IMG/VR virus record: IMGVR_UViG_3300032320_000045
Span: 1 to 25,284 of that record
Reading direction: 5' to 3' (one strand)
DNA: 25,284 bases
DNA from: a virus
Lineage: Duplodnaviria > Caudoviricetes
Position 1 is the first letter of the stretch; the number at the start of each line of letters is the position of its first letter. Below the pieces are notes generated by a model. The model had not been told where the DNA came from. It was given only the letters and a program-made list of their open reading frames with translations, and did not search any database. This document shows positions 16,512-25,204 of the stretch, piece by piece. The position numbers were made by a program, and so were the translations under genes.

Positions 16512-17426
16512 TTAAGCGCCTTGTGAACCCCACATACCGAGAGGGTCAGACCAGCCAAAAGAATAACGCTCACGAGACTTGTAACGAACGTTACCAGTAT
16601 CGAAGTCACCGTCCATTGAGTTGCTCATTGGGGTGCGAACGAAATGCTTCATGCCGTTAGGTACATCAGTTGTCAAGAACCAAGCATTTGTATCTGTTAG
16701 GTAGTTGTTAACTGTGTAGCCTTCTGCAACGGAACCGTTGTTCTTGATTGCGTTGATGTCGTTATCGGTAGTACCAACACGCAATTCAGTTTCGAGCAAA
16801 CGAGTTGCAACGAACTGGAGTGATGGAGGAACAACCAATTTCTTAGGTTTAGCAGCAATCAACAGACCACGTTCGTCAGTCCACTGGGCGATTTGAATAA
16901 CTGCGGCTTCCAAAGAAGTCTCATTCAAGTCAGCAGGGGTTGCAGGAACGTTGCTGTTTGTACCACCAGAAACCAATGGGTGGCTTGCAGAGAACAAAGG
17001 TACACCGTCACCACCGTAATAAGCGGCAGAGTTAGTGAAACCGTTATTCAATACAGCAGCCGCTTTAACCTGCTTGGTGTAAGCCATAGCACGAGCCAAT
17101 GCCTTGGTATAACGAGCGGATAGGCTGTCATACAAGTTGTCTTCGATTGCCTCTTCTGTTAAAGAGAATCCAAGAGCAATGGTTTCATGGTTGTAACGGG
17201 CTGTAAATGCTTCTTGAGCATTGTCATAAGCGATGGCAGAGCCTTCGTTTTTGACAGGTGCTGCGCTGAAGCCTGACAGTTTTGTTTCTTCTTCAAACGA
17301 ACGCTCAGAAGTCTCAGTTTCGTAGATTTCTTTGTGTTGTTGACCGTAAGTTGCATACTCCAATCCAAACAATGCATTCAGACCGGGGAGCAACTCTTTT
17401 AGTAGTTGTGCACGAGAGATAGCCAT
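16512..17426 (-). CDS. Major capsid protein (HK97 fold, Mu gpT-like family)
   Basis: MAISRAQLLKELLPGLNALFGLEY, APVKNEG..I.YD, PKKLVVPP and RERYSFGWSD. Follows the scaffold gene and is followed by a terminator. Confidence 0.9.
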   Translation of the reverse strand: MAISRAQLLKELLPGLNALFGLEYATYGQQHKEIYETETSERSFEEETKLSGFSAAPVKNEGSAIAYDNAQEAFTARYNHETIALGFSLTEEAIEDNLYDSLSARYTKALARAMAYTKQVKAAAVLNNGFTNSAAYYGGDGVPLFSASHPLVSGGTNSNVPATPADLNETSLEAAVIQIAQWTDERGLLIAAKPKKLVVPPSLQFVATRLLETELRVGTTDNDINAIKNNGSVAEGYTVNNYLTDTNAWFLTTDVPNGMKHFVRTPMSNSMDGDFDTGNVRYKSRERYSFGWSDPLGMWGSQGA

Positions 17427-17437
17427 TTAATTGCTCC

Positions 17438-18052
17438 TTAAGCAGCAGTTACAACGTTAGTGGCTGATGTATATGTGTGAACGCCAAAGTTAAATTTGAC
17501 AATCACTTCAGTATACGAACCAGAAGCGTTAACAGTCTCTGGAACAACGTCAACGATACGGAAAGGTAAAGTTGTAGTAGAACCAGTAGAGTTATAAACA
17601 CCTTCTTTAGAATCGCCAGAAGTTGTGCTACCAGCAGTTAAAAAGAAAGCAACGTTTTGACCAACAGCCGCACGAGTTAAGCCGCTAATGGTTGTCGAAT
17701 TTGACAACACAGCGACCTTAAATAACGCATCAGGGTCATCAACAACAATACCAACAGCATCAGAGGCAACAGTCCCAGCGGGCCAATATTGCGTGAAAAT
17801 CTTTTGATTTGTTGATGGGTTTGTGTAAGAACAACCCATGAAAACACCGACAGCATCGGTGGCGGAAGTAGTGCCAGTAGCAGCACGGCTCAAAGTACCA
17901 CCAGTGTTCAGACGTACCACATCACCTGCAAAGATTGATGTGCCAGAACCTGAAGCAATAGGGATATTTCGAGTCGAACCAGCGTAGACCTGACCACCAA
18001 TCAAATTGATTGGTTGAAACCCGTAAGGGCCTGCAACGGTAGGATATGCCAT
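17438..18052 (-). CDS. Putative capsid decoration/cement protein
   Basis: PYGFQPI, IFAGDVV, VGVFMGCSYT and VVDDPDALF; immediately upstream of the capsid gene. Confidence 0.55.
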   Translation of the reverse strand: MAYPTVAGPYGFQPINLIGGQVYAGSTRNIPIASGSGTSIFAGDVVRLNTGGTLSRAATGTTSATDAVGVFMGCSYTNPSTNQKIFTQYWPAGTVASDAVGIVVDDPDALFKVAVLSNSTTISGLTRAAVGQNVAFFLTAGSTTSGDSKEGVYNSTGSTTTLPFRIVDVVPETVNASGSYTEVIVKFNFGVHTYTSATNVVTAA

Positions 18053-18073
18053 TTAAGACTCCATTAAAAAAAG

Positions 18074-18523
18074 TTATGAACCTTTGCCAAAACTAGTCGT
18101 AGATTTCCTCTCTCGGAAGAGTGGCATCCTTGGGTCGCTTTGACTCATTAAATTATTGTCTACAGCCTCTGTCTGAGCGGCAGTTTGATTGGCGTAATAT
18201 GCATTACGTTGCTCAACCATCTCAGTAGGAGTTTTGCAAAGCAATAACCCACCGACCTCAATATTGTCCTTAAAACGACTATTAGGGTCGATTAGCAGTT
18301 GAAACTGCGGTTGTTCCTCAACTTTAACTGGCTCCCAACCTTCTCTCAGTTTTCCTGAAAGGTTGCGTGGGTCAGCCACATTCAAGTTTGAAACACGAAT
18401 CCATCTGTATGAATAACCTGCTTGCTTGTCTGGTTCAGGAAGCAATTCTGGCGGAGACCACTGCTTTGGGCGCTCTGTCATTACACGGTTTTCAATTTCA
18501 CGAGGTTTTCTGTTGGTTGTCAT
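18074..18523 (-). CDS. Conserved-looking head-module hypothetical protein
   Basis: GYSYRWIR, REGWEPV and GGLLLCKTP; lies between the scaffold and decoration genes. Confidence 0.6.
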   Translation of the reverse strand: MTTNRKPREIENRVMTERPKQWSPPELLPEPDKQAGYSYRWIRVSNLNVADPRNLSGKLREGWEPVKVEEQPQFQLLIDPNSRFKDNIEVGGLLLCKTPTEMVEQRNAYYANQTAAQTEAVDNNLMSQSDPRMPLFRERKSTTSFGKGS

Positions 18524-18524
18524 T

Positions 18525-19466
18525 TTAAGACTCCATTTTTAATACTGCTTGAGCATATTGCTCTGGGGTTAGTCCAAGTTTCTTAGAAATACTCAATTGC
18601 GACTGAGTAAGCCGTATTTTCTTGGAGGATGTGCTACGGGTAGCAGGAGCCACAACCGTGCTTGGTCTTGTAGAGCGTTCGCTCTTTTCTTCTGTGTCGG
18701 TCTCAAATTTCTCTGGGAACCGTTTACGCATTGTTTCATCAATACGTCTGTAATACTCTTGTGATGAAAGTGGGACACCTTCATCTTTTAGTTGCTCGTG
18801 TACAGCCAAAGCCATACCCGTCATTACTTTGTCTTCACCAAACCAACTATTACGCTGTTGCCATTGTAAGGCTGATTGGTCAGGACGAGGTGTTGCCACC
18901 TTTTGTTGCATTTGTACATCAACTTCATCGACTTGTAAAGGGGTGTGTTTGAAATTCTTTACTTTGTCGTTTTTTAATGAAACTTCAGTCAATGTCTGCT
19001 GGGCTTCCATCATCCTATCGGTGTCGCCAGACTCATATGCTTCTTTATAAGCACGTTTAGCCTGTTCCATTTCTAGGGAAACTGCCTTAGTAATAGAGGC
19101 AAGAACGCTTTTTTCGCTTTCGTTGATACCCGCTTTGAGGCGTTTATTCTCTTCTACTAGGCGCTGGGCAAGGGCAATAGCCTCTTGCTGCTCACGGAAA
19201 GCCTGTTCTTTCTCACGTCTTTCGTCATGAGCCAACTTCTTCATCTGCAACAGTTTGTTCTTAACTTTTGCAGAATAGTCAGTCAACTCATCTTCATAGA
19301 GTTCGTCCTTTACTTCTTGAGGAAGGGGGTTTACACCCCTGTCTTTCTCAGGAGTATCGTCTTCAATCTCAATCTCTACGTTGGAATCCTCGGTAGTTAC
19401 TTCAACTTTGGTCTCATTTTCCAGTTCGTCTGGAAATTGAAACTCTTTCTTTTCAAATTCAGCCAT
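18525..19466 (-). CDS. Capsid scaffolding protein
   Basis: Very acidic N-terminus, long coiled coil, short basic C-terminal helices (IRLTQSQLSISKKLGLTPEQYA); lies between portal and capsid genes. Confidence 0.7.
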   Translation of the reverse strand: MAEFEKKEFQFPDELENETKVEVTTEDSNVEIEIEDDTPEKDRGVNPLPQEVKDELYEDELTDYSAKVKNKLLQMKKLAHDERREKEQAFREQQEAIALAQRLVEENKRLKAGINESEKSVLASITKAVSLEMEQAKRAYKEAYESGDTDRMMEAQQTLTEVSLKNDKVKNFKHTPLQVDEVDVQMQQKVATPRPDQSALQWQQRNSWFGEDKVMTGMALAVHEQLKDEGVPLSSQEYYRRIDETMRKRFPEKFETDTEEKSERSTRPSTVVAPATRSTSSKKIRLTQSQLSISKKLGLTPEQYAQAVLKMES

Positions 19467-19477
19467 GTTTAAACTCC

Positions 19478-19891
19478 TTATTTGCGTTTAATTCCTCGTG
19501 GGTCGTCTACTGTGCCTTCAACCGAGTCGTCATTAATCATGCGGAAGTCCTTGCCATGAATGACAAGACGTGAGCCTGAGTTGGGACGGACTAGGATAAA
19601 GTCGCCTTCTTTACACCACGCTCCAGAGGGAAAGCGTGTTGGGTCTTTGTAGCAATCTGGACCGAGAGCCACAACAAAAAGGACGGTAGTGAGCATTTCT
19701 TCATACTGAAGAGTGGCATCTGCTTTAAGAATGCCGCTTTCGTACTCCGCCTCGATGTCTGGGATAGCACAAAGAATGTGATAACCAGAAGGCTTGGGGA
19801 GTTGTTTTGCCTTTTCTTCGGCAGGTTTACTGATTGAACCAATAATTATGGGGTTGTCTGGATTGGTCGCCAGTAAAATTTCACTCGTCAT
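19478..19891 (-). CDS. groES: GroES/Cpn10-like co-chaperonin
   Basis: PKPSGYHIL, mobile-loop ESGIL, VVALGP, KEGDFIL and FRMINDDSVEG match the Cpn10 pattern. Confidence 0.8.
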   Translation of the reverse strand: MTSEILLATNPDNPIIIGSISKPAEEKAKQLPKPSGYHILCAIPDIEAEYESGILKADATLQYEEMLTTVLFVVALGPDCYKDPTRFPSGAWCKEGDFILVRPNSGSRLVIHGKDFRMINDDSVEGTVDDPRGIKRK

Positions 19892-20081
19892 CAGATTCCT
19901 CTAAATGTTTTTGTAGGTCTAGGATGTTTAAACGGGCAGTAAGAAGACCTTTTATCTCACCGACCATTGCTTTGTATTCAGAGTAGTCTTTGGCAGAACC
20001 TGTGCCTAATGCTTCCTGAATTTGTGCCACTTTGTCATCTAGCCTTTCGACTAGAAGTTTCATTACTTTGTTATCAATCAT
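19881..20081 (-). CDS. Small helical hypothetical protein
   Basis: 66 aa with DYSEYKAMVGEIKGL; overlaps both the portal and groES genes. Confidence 0.65.
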   Translation of the reverse strand: MIDNKVMKLLVERLDDKVAQIQEALGTGSAKDYSEYKAMVGEIKGLLTARLNILDLQKHLEESDDE

Positions 20082-22519
20082 TTATTCCCTTTATTGAGTT
20101 GGGCATTTTTGACTGCTACGTCTACGCCAAGGCGCAGTTTTTCCATTGTTAAGTCCTCTTGGGACTTGATGGCATGCTTCTCAGCCTCTGCCTGTATCCG
20201 CATTGCATCGGTCTGGGCTTGAGTCTGAATTCGCTGGCGCTCTGTCTCAATCTGAGCAATCTTCGCCTGTGAATCTGCTGCGTCCTTCTGTTGCTTACGC
20301 TGCAAGTCTGCTTGCTTGATTTGCAATTCTTGCTGTTGTATTTGTACCAATGGGTCTTGAGCCTGTTCGGTAGCCTTCTGCTGCGCTGCATCACCTTTGT
20401 GGATTGCCAACAATTGCTGGCTGGCTTGGGCGACAAGACGTGACAACTGGACTTCGATAGCGGCTGGGAGTTCTTTGTCTGGCTCTGGTAGAGCAACGCC
20501 CATTTGTTTCTCGATTTGCGAACGGTACTGGAATCCCAAGTGTTCTGCCATGTGCGCTTGAAGAGCCGCCATGATTTGATTGGCTTGAGGATTTTGACCA
20601 ATAGTTTTTGTGACTACTGGGTCGGTCATAAATGCTTGGTGCGCTGCAATATGAGCATCGTGGTCTTGGTAGATGAAAGCCTTCATCGGTTTACCGTTGA
20701 CTGCGTTCATGTTCTCAGAGATTGGGTCACGTGGTGTCTGGTCGTCTTCCAGTTTGACCAGTTTGGACGCATTCTTAATACCCAATACTTCAAGCATCTG
20801 ACGATGCAAGTACGCTAGGTCATAGAGTTGGGGGGCAGTTTGAGCAAGTTGGATAACCGCTTGGTACTGAACCACCTTTTGCGATAACGTAGCAGCGTTC
20901 GGGTCTGACACGGGAATAACATCCACCATGTCGTAATCGGACTTCTTAGCCTGTCTATCACCTTCTTCGGGGTCATAACTGTAATCCTCTGGTGTGTAAT
21001 CAGCAATGATGCGCTTGAGTAAACGCAACTCTTGTTTCATCGAATAATGGATACGGGCTTGTACCGCAGACATTACTTTCAGAGTTCTTTCCAAGATAGC
21101 GAGTGTCGTGCCTACTGGAGAGTTGGCAGACATATCTGCAATCTGCATGTCGGCTGCACCCGCAAATCTGCGACCTTCGTCCACGATTTGGTTCAACAAA
21201 GACATCAATACCTGACTTGGCTCCTTGTACGGGAGAGTCATGATGTTGTCTTTAATTGTTCCAGACGGTACGTCAACGTCACGGAACTCGGCTGGCGCTA
21301 TCGGTGTATCGTCACCTTTGACTCGCAGACCCCTAGTTTTGAAACCACCGGGTAGGTTTGACAAAGTTCCCGCATCCACCAGTTGCCTGATAAGAGAAGT
21401 GCCAGACTTAGCAAAAGCACCGACAAGGTGAATAAGCCCGAAACAATAAAAACCAAAGCCCGGCACATATCCATAATGGACAAAGTGCTGCCGTTTTTGG
21501 TACGTATTGTCGTCAGGGTTCCAGTTCCTACGGATTGCCAGAATCTGGTTGCTACCTTTTTCAATCGTGACAACATACGGTAAAGCGATTCCTGTAGGGT
21601 TTCCATCTTTATCCTTATGCTCGTAGCCTTCCAAGTCAAGGTTTACGTGCATCTCCAACAACTTGTAACGGTCATCGGACGTGGCACGGAAGCCCATCTT
21701 CTCGGCAATCTTCTTTTCTACTTCGTCTAGGGTGTTGTTAGGCTCACCCAATTCAACGTCCATGTAGAAACCAGCCACTTGAAGTTTGCGAACTTCGTTT
21801 TCAGTCTTACGCATTACGTGAGTAATACGCTCTGACGTTTCAATGTTGGATGCTCCGTAAGGAACAACAACGTCTTCGGCTGGGATGAAGAGAGAGACTT
21901 GGCGCTCTAGGTTGGGGTCGTAATAGACTTTCTTGAAAGCATTTCCTGACAAGCCCAATCCCCAAAGCATACGCTCGGTCTCAGGACGGAACTCAGTCAT
22001 TACGTCTGTAATTTGGTAGTTCATGTCCGCTTGAACACGGACTGCTGCATCTTTCTTTTCTGCTGTTTCTTTGCCGATAATCTCGGTCTTTACTGGACCT
22101 GCCGCTGGCAGGATTTCCATAATAGTTTCTGCTTGGAACTTAACAAGCGCTTCAGATAGAAGGGGATGGTAAACACCACAGGCTCCGGGCCAAGGGTCGG
22201 TTCTATCTTCAATCTTCATGCCGAGTAGTTCTAGACCATCGACATAGGTTTGCATCCAATCCTTACGTGAAGACACGTCATCATCGTAGTCGGCAAGCAA
22301 GTCGCCAATAATTTCTTGAAGAGTGCCTTCATCAATAAATTCCGCTAGGTTGGCATCAAAGTCTTCCGCTGATTCTTTGTCTGGGACGATTTCAATCTCC
22401 ATCCCGTCAATACCAATCACAACCGATTCGGGGTTTTCAATTTCTATTTCAATGTCAGATGGTTCATCAGACAAGGCATCCAATCCTTGTGGCGCTTGAT
22501 ATAGACTTTTCTCAATCAT
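20078..22519 (-). CDS. Portal protein (P22-like, with C-terminal Gln-rich barrel)
   Basis: 813 aa directly after terL; GNAFKKVYYD, LVDAGTLSN and a long Gln-rich C-terminal coiled coil. Confidence 0.85.
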   Translation of the reverse strand: MIEKSLYQAPQGLDALSDEPSDIEIEIENPESVVIGIDGMEIEIVPDKESAEDFDANLAEFIDEGTLQEIIGDLLADYDDDVSSRKDWMQTYVDGLELLGMKIEDRTDPWPGACGVYHPLLSEALVKFQAETIMEILPAAGPVKTEIIGKETAEKKDAAVRVQADMNYQITDVMTEFRPETERMLWGLGLSGNAFKKVYYDPNLERQVSLFIPAEDVVVPYGASNIETSERITHVMRKTENEVRKLQVAGFYMDVELGEPNNTLDEVEKKIAEKMGFRATSDDRYKLLEMHVNLDLEGYEHKDKDGNPTGIALPYVVTIEKGSNQILAIRRNWNPDDNTYQKRQHFVHYGYVPGFGFYCFGLIHLVGAFAKSGTSLIRQLVDAGTLSNLPGGFKTRGLRVKGDDTPIAPAEFRDVDVPSGTIKDNIMTLPYKEPSQVLMSLLNQIVDEGRRFAGAADMQIADMSANSPVGTTLAILERTLKVMSAVQARIHYSMKQELRLLKRIIADYTPEDYSYDPEEGDRQAKKSDYDMVDVIPVSDPNAATLSQKVVQYQAVIQLAQTAPQLYDLAYLHRQMLEVLGIKNASKLVKLEDDQTPRDPISENMNAVNGKPMKAFIYQDHDAHIAAHQAFMTDPVVTKTIGQNPQANQIMAALQAHMAEHLGFQYRSQIEKQMGVALPEPDKELPAAIEVQLSRLVAQASQQLLAIHKGDAAQQKATEQAQDPLVQIQQQELQIKQADLQRKQQKDAADSQAKIAQIETERQRIQTQAQTDAMRIQAEAEKHAIKSQEDLTMEKLRLGVDVAVKNAQLNKGNK

Positions 22520-22527
22520 GGCTATCC

Positions 22528-24036
22528 TTAATAATACTCAACCCTGCGTTTAAACGTAGGAATTTCATCTGGTTCATCGGTTTGCAACTTAATAAATCCG
22601 CCTTTACGAAATCTCAGTAAAGCCTGACTCGTTGAATCGACTAAGTCATCGTGGTCTCCATTCGGGAAGGACGCACATTCTTCCATGACTTCTTCAGCCC
22701 ATCGAGTATTCGGACACCATACCAAACCAGATGCGAATAGGTCTGATATTGCGTTTACACGGGCTATCTTATCACTTCCTTTGCTCGGTGTATATTCAGA
22801 AATTGGGATTCCCATTCGTCTCATTTCATAAATGAGAGGAGCACCTGCCGCCTTTTTTTCCACAATACAGGTATCAGGGTTCCATTCCTTGTATTGCTCC
22901 ATCGCCCGTTCCTTTAATTCAGGGAACTCCATCCGTTCTTTGATGGCTTCGAGCAGAATAATATTGGTGGTGTACTCGCCTTTTTCGTTGGGATGCTGGA
23001 ATATTCCCCAAGTCGTACAGGCGGAGAAGTCGGCACGGTTGTTCTTTTCAAAGGCGGTATCCCACGACTGAATGATGTAATCACAGTAGGGAGGCTCGTC
23101 ATCCTCCCAGATTTTCCACTGCTCCCGCTTGATAATCGCCCCCTCTTCAGAGGTTGGATTCTGCTGGTATTGGGCTTCCCATTTGGAAACAGGGAGTTCA
23201 GCCTTGATTGTTTCCAGTTCTTTTTGAGACCAGAACTCTGACCATAAGGGTGTTCCACTAGGCATCAGGGCAGGGAATTGAATCACTTCCCACTCGTTGG
23301 TTCCGTCCCGTTTGTTGGACGTATCGATGATTTGACCCGTTAAGTCCCGCTTAGACCAGCGGGTCATCACGATAATAATGGCTCCGCCCGGCTGTAGACG
23401 CTGACGAGGACCAGAGTTGTACCATTCAAAGACTCGGTCATAGACCGCAGAAGTCCCTTGCATGGCTTCTTGTTCGGAGTGTGGGTCGTCAATGATGAGA
23501 ACGTCCGCACCTTTACCCGTTACGGCTCCCCCGACACCAATCGCAAAGTAATCTCCGCCCTTGTTGGTGTTCCAACGTCCTGCTGCCTTGGAGTCTGTGG
23601 ATAACTTGGTGGGGAAAACGGCTTGATATTCTGGGGTATTGACCAGATTTCTAACCTTACGACCAAATCCCACGGCTAATTCTGCGGTGTGGGCGGTCTG
23701 AATAATCTTTTTCTCAGGGAATTTACCTAGAAACCACGCTGGAAACAGATAGGATGCGAACTCAGACTTGGTGTGTCGTGGCGGCATGTTAATAATCAGC
23801 CGTTTTAGACTGCCGTTGGCTACCCGCTCAAACGCATCTGCCATATCCCGATGGTGTTTACCCGCAATAAAGGCTGACCACATCTCCTTTACGAACGGCA
23901 TAAAGTTGTTACGGCAGCGCTCTTTCTTATCTTCTGCGAACAGTTTGCGAATTTTATCTACGTCAGGATGTTCAGGGGGCAAAACATCCAGCAGTTCTCG
24001 ATACTGCCTGATTTCTTGTTCGGTTAGGAGTGGCAC
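22528..24036 (-). CDS. terL: Terminase large subunit
   Basis: Walker A-like INMPPRHTKS, Walker B LIIDDP, coupling motif VMTRW, nuclease SWDTA and HDDLVDS. Confidence 0.95.
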   Translation of the reverse strand: MPLLTEQEIRQYRELLDVLPPEHPDVDKIRKLFAEDKKERCRNNFMPFVKEMWSAFIAGKHHRDMADAFERVANGSLKRLIINMPPRHTKSEFASYLFPAWFLGKFPEKKIIQTAHTAELAVGFGRKVRNLVNTPEYQAVFPTKLSTDSKAAGRWNTNKGGDYFAIGVGGAVTGKGADVLIIDDPHSEQEAMQGTSAVYDRVFEWYNSGPRQRLQPGGAIIIVMTRWSKRDLTGQIIDTSNKRDGTNEWEVIQFPALMPSGTPLWSEFWSQKELETIKAELPVSKWEAQYQQNPTSEEGAIIKREQWKIWEDDEPPYCDYIIQSWDTAFEKNNRADFSACTTWGIFQHPNEKGEYTTNIILLEAIKERMEFPELKERAMEQYKEWNPDTCIVEKKAAGAPLIYEMRRMGIPISEYTPSKGSDKIARVNAISDLFASGLVWCPNTRWAEEVMEECASFPNGDHDDLVDSTSQALLRFRKGGFIKLQTDEPDEIPTFKRRVEYY

Positions 24037-24267
24037 TTAGAGATTAACGACTGTTTTGACCGTGCTGTCCATCAATTTCATCGAACGCACCATATGGGGT
24101 TTAATCTGCAAAAGACCTTTTTCCCGCAGGGTGTGGATATGTCTGTGGATATTTGACTTGCTACGCATGCCTAATCCTTGGGCAATCTCCGAATAAGAAG
24201 GGGCAAATCCCTTCATTTTGATGAATGCTTGAATGAAGTCATAAACCAGTTTTTGTTTTTCAGTCAT
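24037..24267 (-). CDS. LexA-type winged-helix DNA-binding protein lacking the peptidase domain
   Basis: MTEKQKLVYDFI...GFAPSYSEIAQGLGMRSKSNIHRHIHTLREKGLL matches the LexA N-terminal domain; only 76 aa. Confidence 0.8.
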   Translation of the reverse strand: MTEKQKLVYDFIQAFIKMKGFAPSYSEIAQGLGMRSKSNIHRHIHTLREKGLLQIKPHMVRSMKLMDSTVKTVVNL

Positions 24268-24487
24268 TTAGGTAATCCTCTCTCTTTTGTTGTTCAATGA
24301 TTTCCCGCTTGCGCCAGCCCGATATAGGCTTGCTTGCCATATCAGAGGCATCCTGCAACTGCCCTAAAACTCGGATAAACCTACTCCGTTCGTCCTGCGG
24401 CATTTCCTCTAGGAGTGCCAAAATTTTTTTTGCGTTCGTGTTCGCTATGCTCACATACATGCCTTCGGCATTTCTACTGAAGTTCAT
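24260..24487 (-). CDS. Hypothetical protein
   Basis: Overlaps both neighbours in the same orientation. Confidence 0.55.
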   Translation of the reverse strand: MNFSRNAEGMYVSIANTNAKKILALLEEMPQDERSRFIRVLGQLQDASDMASKPISGWRKREIIEQQKREDYLND

Positions 24488-24659
24488 CGTCCTCGTAACC
24501 CTCTAACTGGTGAACCATATCAATTGCAGAACACAGACAGGTAGGACAGAACGCAACGGGAATGATTCCAAAGTTACCCTGAACCCCGCCTTCCATCTCA
24601 AGGGAGAACTTGGTGCTACAAGTACTGCACTCTACTGCTGGCATTGATATATCGCTCAT
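24474..24659 (-). CDS. Small Zn-ribbon protein
   Basis: CSTC...CPTC; GAGGGGG upstream and ATGA overlap with the preceding ORF. Confidence 0.6.
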   Translation of the reverse strand: MSDISMPAVECSTCSTKFSLEMEGGVQGNFGIIPVAFCPTCLCSAIDMVHQLEGYEDDELQ

Positions 24660-24790
24660 TTCTCTACCCCCTCAGTAAACTTCTTTAACTGGTCGATGAT
24701 GACCCCCAACTTCTCACGCTCTGTACCACGCATTTCAGCCTGTATCGCCATGAGACTCAGGATGATGTTCTTCAACTTACTTTTTGCCAC
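24656..24790 (-). CDS. Small hypothetical protein (44 aa), absent from the ORF track
   Basis: GTG start after AAGGGGG: MAKSKLKNIILSLMAIQAEMRGTEREKLGVIIDQLKKFTEGVEK. Its stop overlaps the next ATG (ATGA). Confidence 0.6.
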   Translation of the reverse strand: MAKSKLKNIILSLMAIQAEMRGTEREKLGVIIDQLKKFTEGVEK

Positions 24791-24806
24791 ATTTCCCCCT
24801 TTATGA

Positions 24807-24840
24807 GAACGTTACCCACAGTATATACGAACGTTTAAAC
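24807..24840 (-). promoter_or_regulatory. Candidate promoter/operator for the terminase operon
   Basis: -10-like TATACT (24820-24825) flanked by two AACGTTC copies and a GTTTAAAC; no consensus -35. Confidence 0.35.
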
Positions 24841-24845
24841 TTTGT

Positions 24846-24937
24846 GTTGGGATTCGATTTGGTCTTTGACTAGGAGAATCTGAAAGCCAGAAAAAGACTC
24901 CCATCGACATCCTCGATTGCTGGCTTAACACCCCAAC
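24846..24937 (-). ncRNA. Candidate pseudoknotted structured RNA
   Basis: Nested stems GUUGGG/CCCAAC, UCGA/UCGA, GUC/GAC and UGGGAG/CUCCUA, plus a crossing 7-bp pairing AAGCCAG/CUGGCUU. Confidence 0.5.
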
Positions 24938-24941
24938 GGCA

Positions 24942-25196
24942 TTACTTTAACAAAGACCTAATCAGATTAGCCGCACGTATCAACATATGGGCTTGGTTAC
25001 GCATCTGTGGATAACTGGCTGCCGCTTCCAGTTCTTTGAGAACGTAGTCCGCATGCTTGTATTCCGTAGACTCTCTGATACGCAGTCCAAACTTATACCC
25101 TTGGAGCCACTCCTTACGATGAGTCAAACAGTAACCCGACATGTGGTTCACCATCTTCCCGCAATTTGGATTCTTACAAAAGTCCTTATGTTCCAC
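24942..25196 (-). CDS. Hypothetical protein with a Cys/His cluster; start uncertain
   Basis: CKNPNC...C.TH. The GTG at 25194-25196 has GGAGG 9 nt upstream, a better fit than the track's start at 25235. Confidence 0.5.
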   Translation of the reverse strand: MEHKDFCKNPNCGKMVNHMSGYCLTHRKEWLQGYKFGLRIRESTEYKHADYVLKELEAAASYPQMRNQAHMLIRAANLIRSLLK

Positions 25197-25204
25197 GTGA
25201 AACA
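25189..25204. promoter_or_regulatory. parS: parS centromere-like site (ParB-binding)
   Basis: TGTTCCACGTGAAACA, a 16/16 match to the bacterial chromosomal parS consensus TGTTNCACGTGAAACA. Confidence 0.8.

Noticed and set aside
24810-24828. E. coli-type SOS box (CTGT-N8-ACAG) near the LexA-like gene
   Set aside because: Only one half-site (TACTGT) is present.
24846-24937. tRNA or known self-cleaving ribozyme
   Set aside because: No cloverleaf or TTCRA arm in the right context and no recognisable catalytic core, so it is kept only as an unclassified structured RNA candidate.
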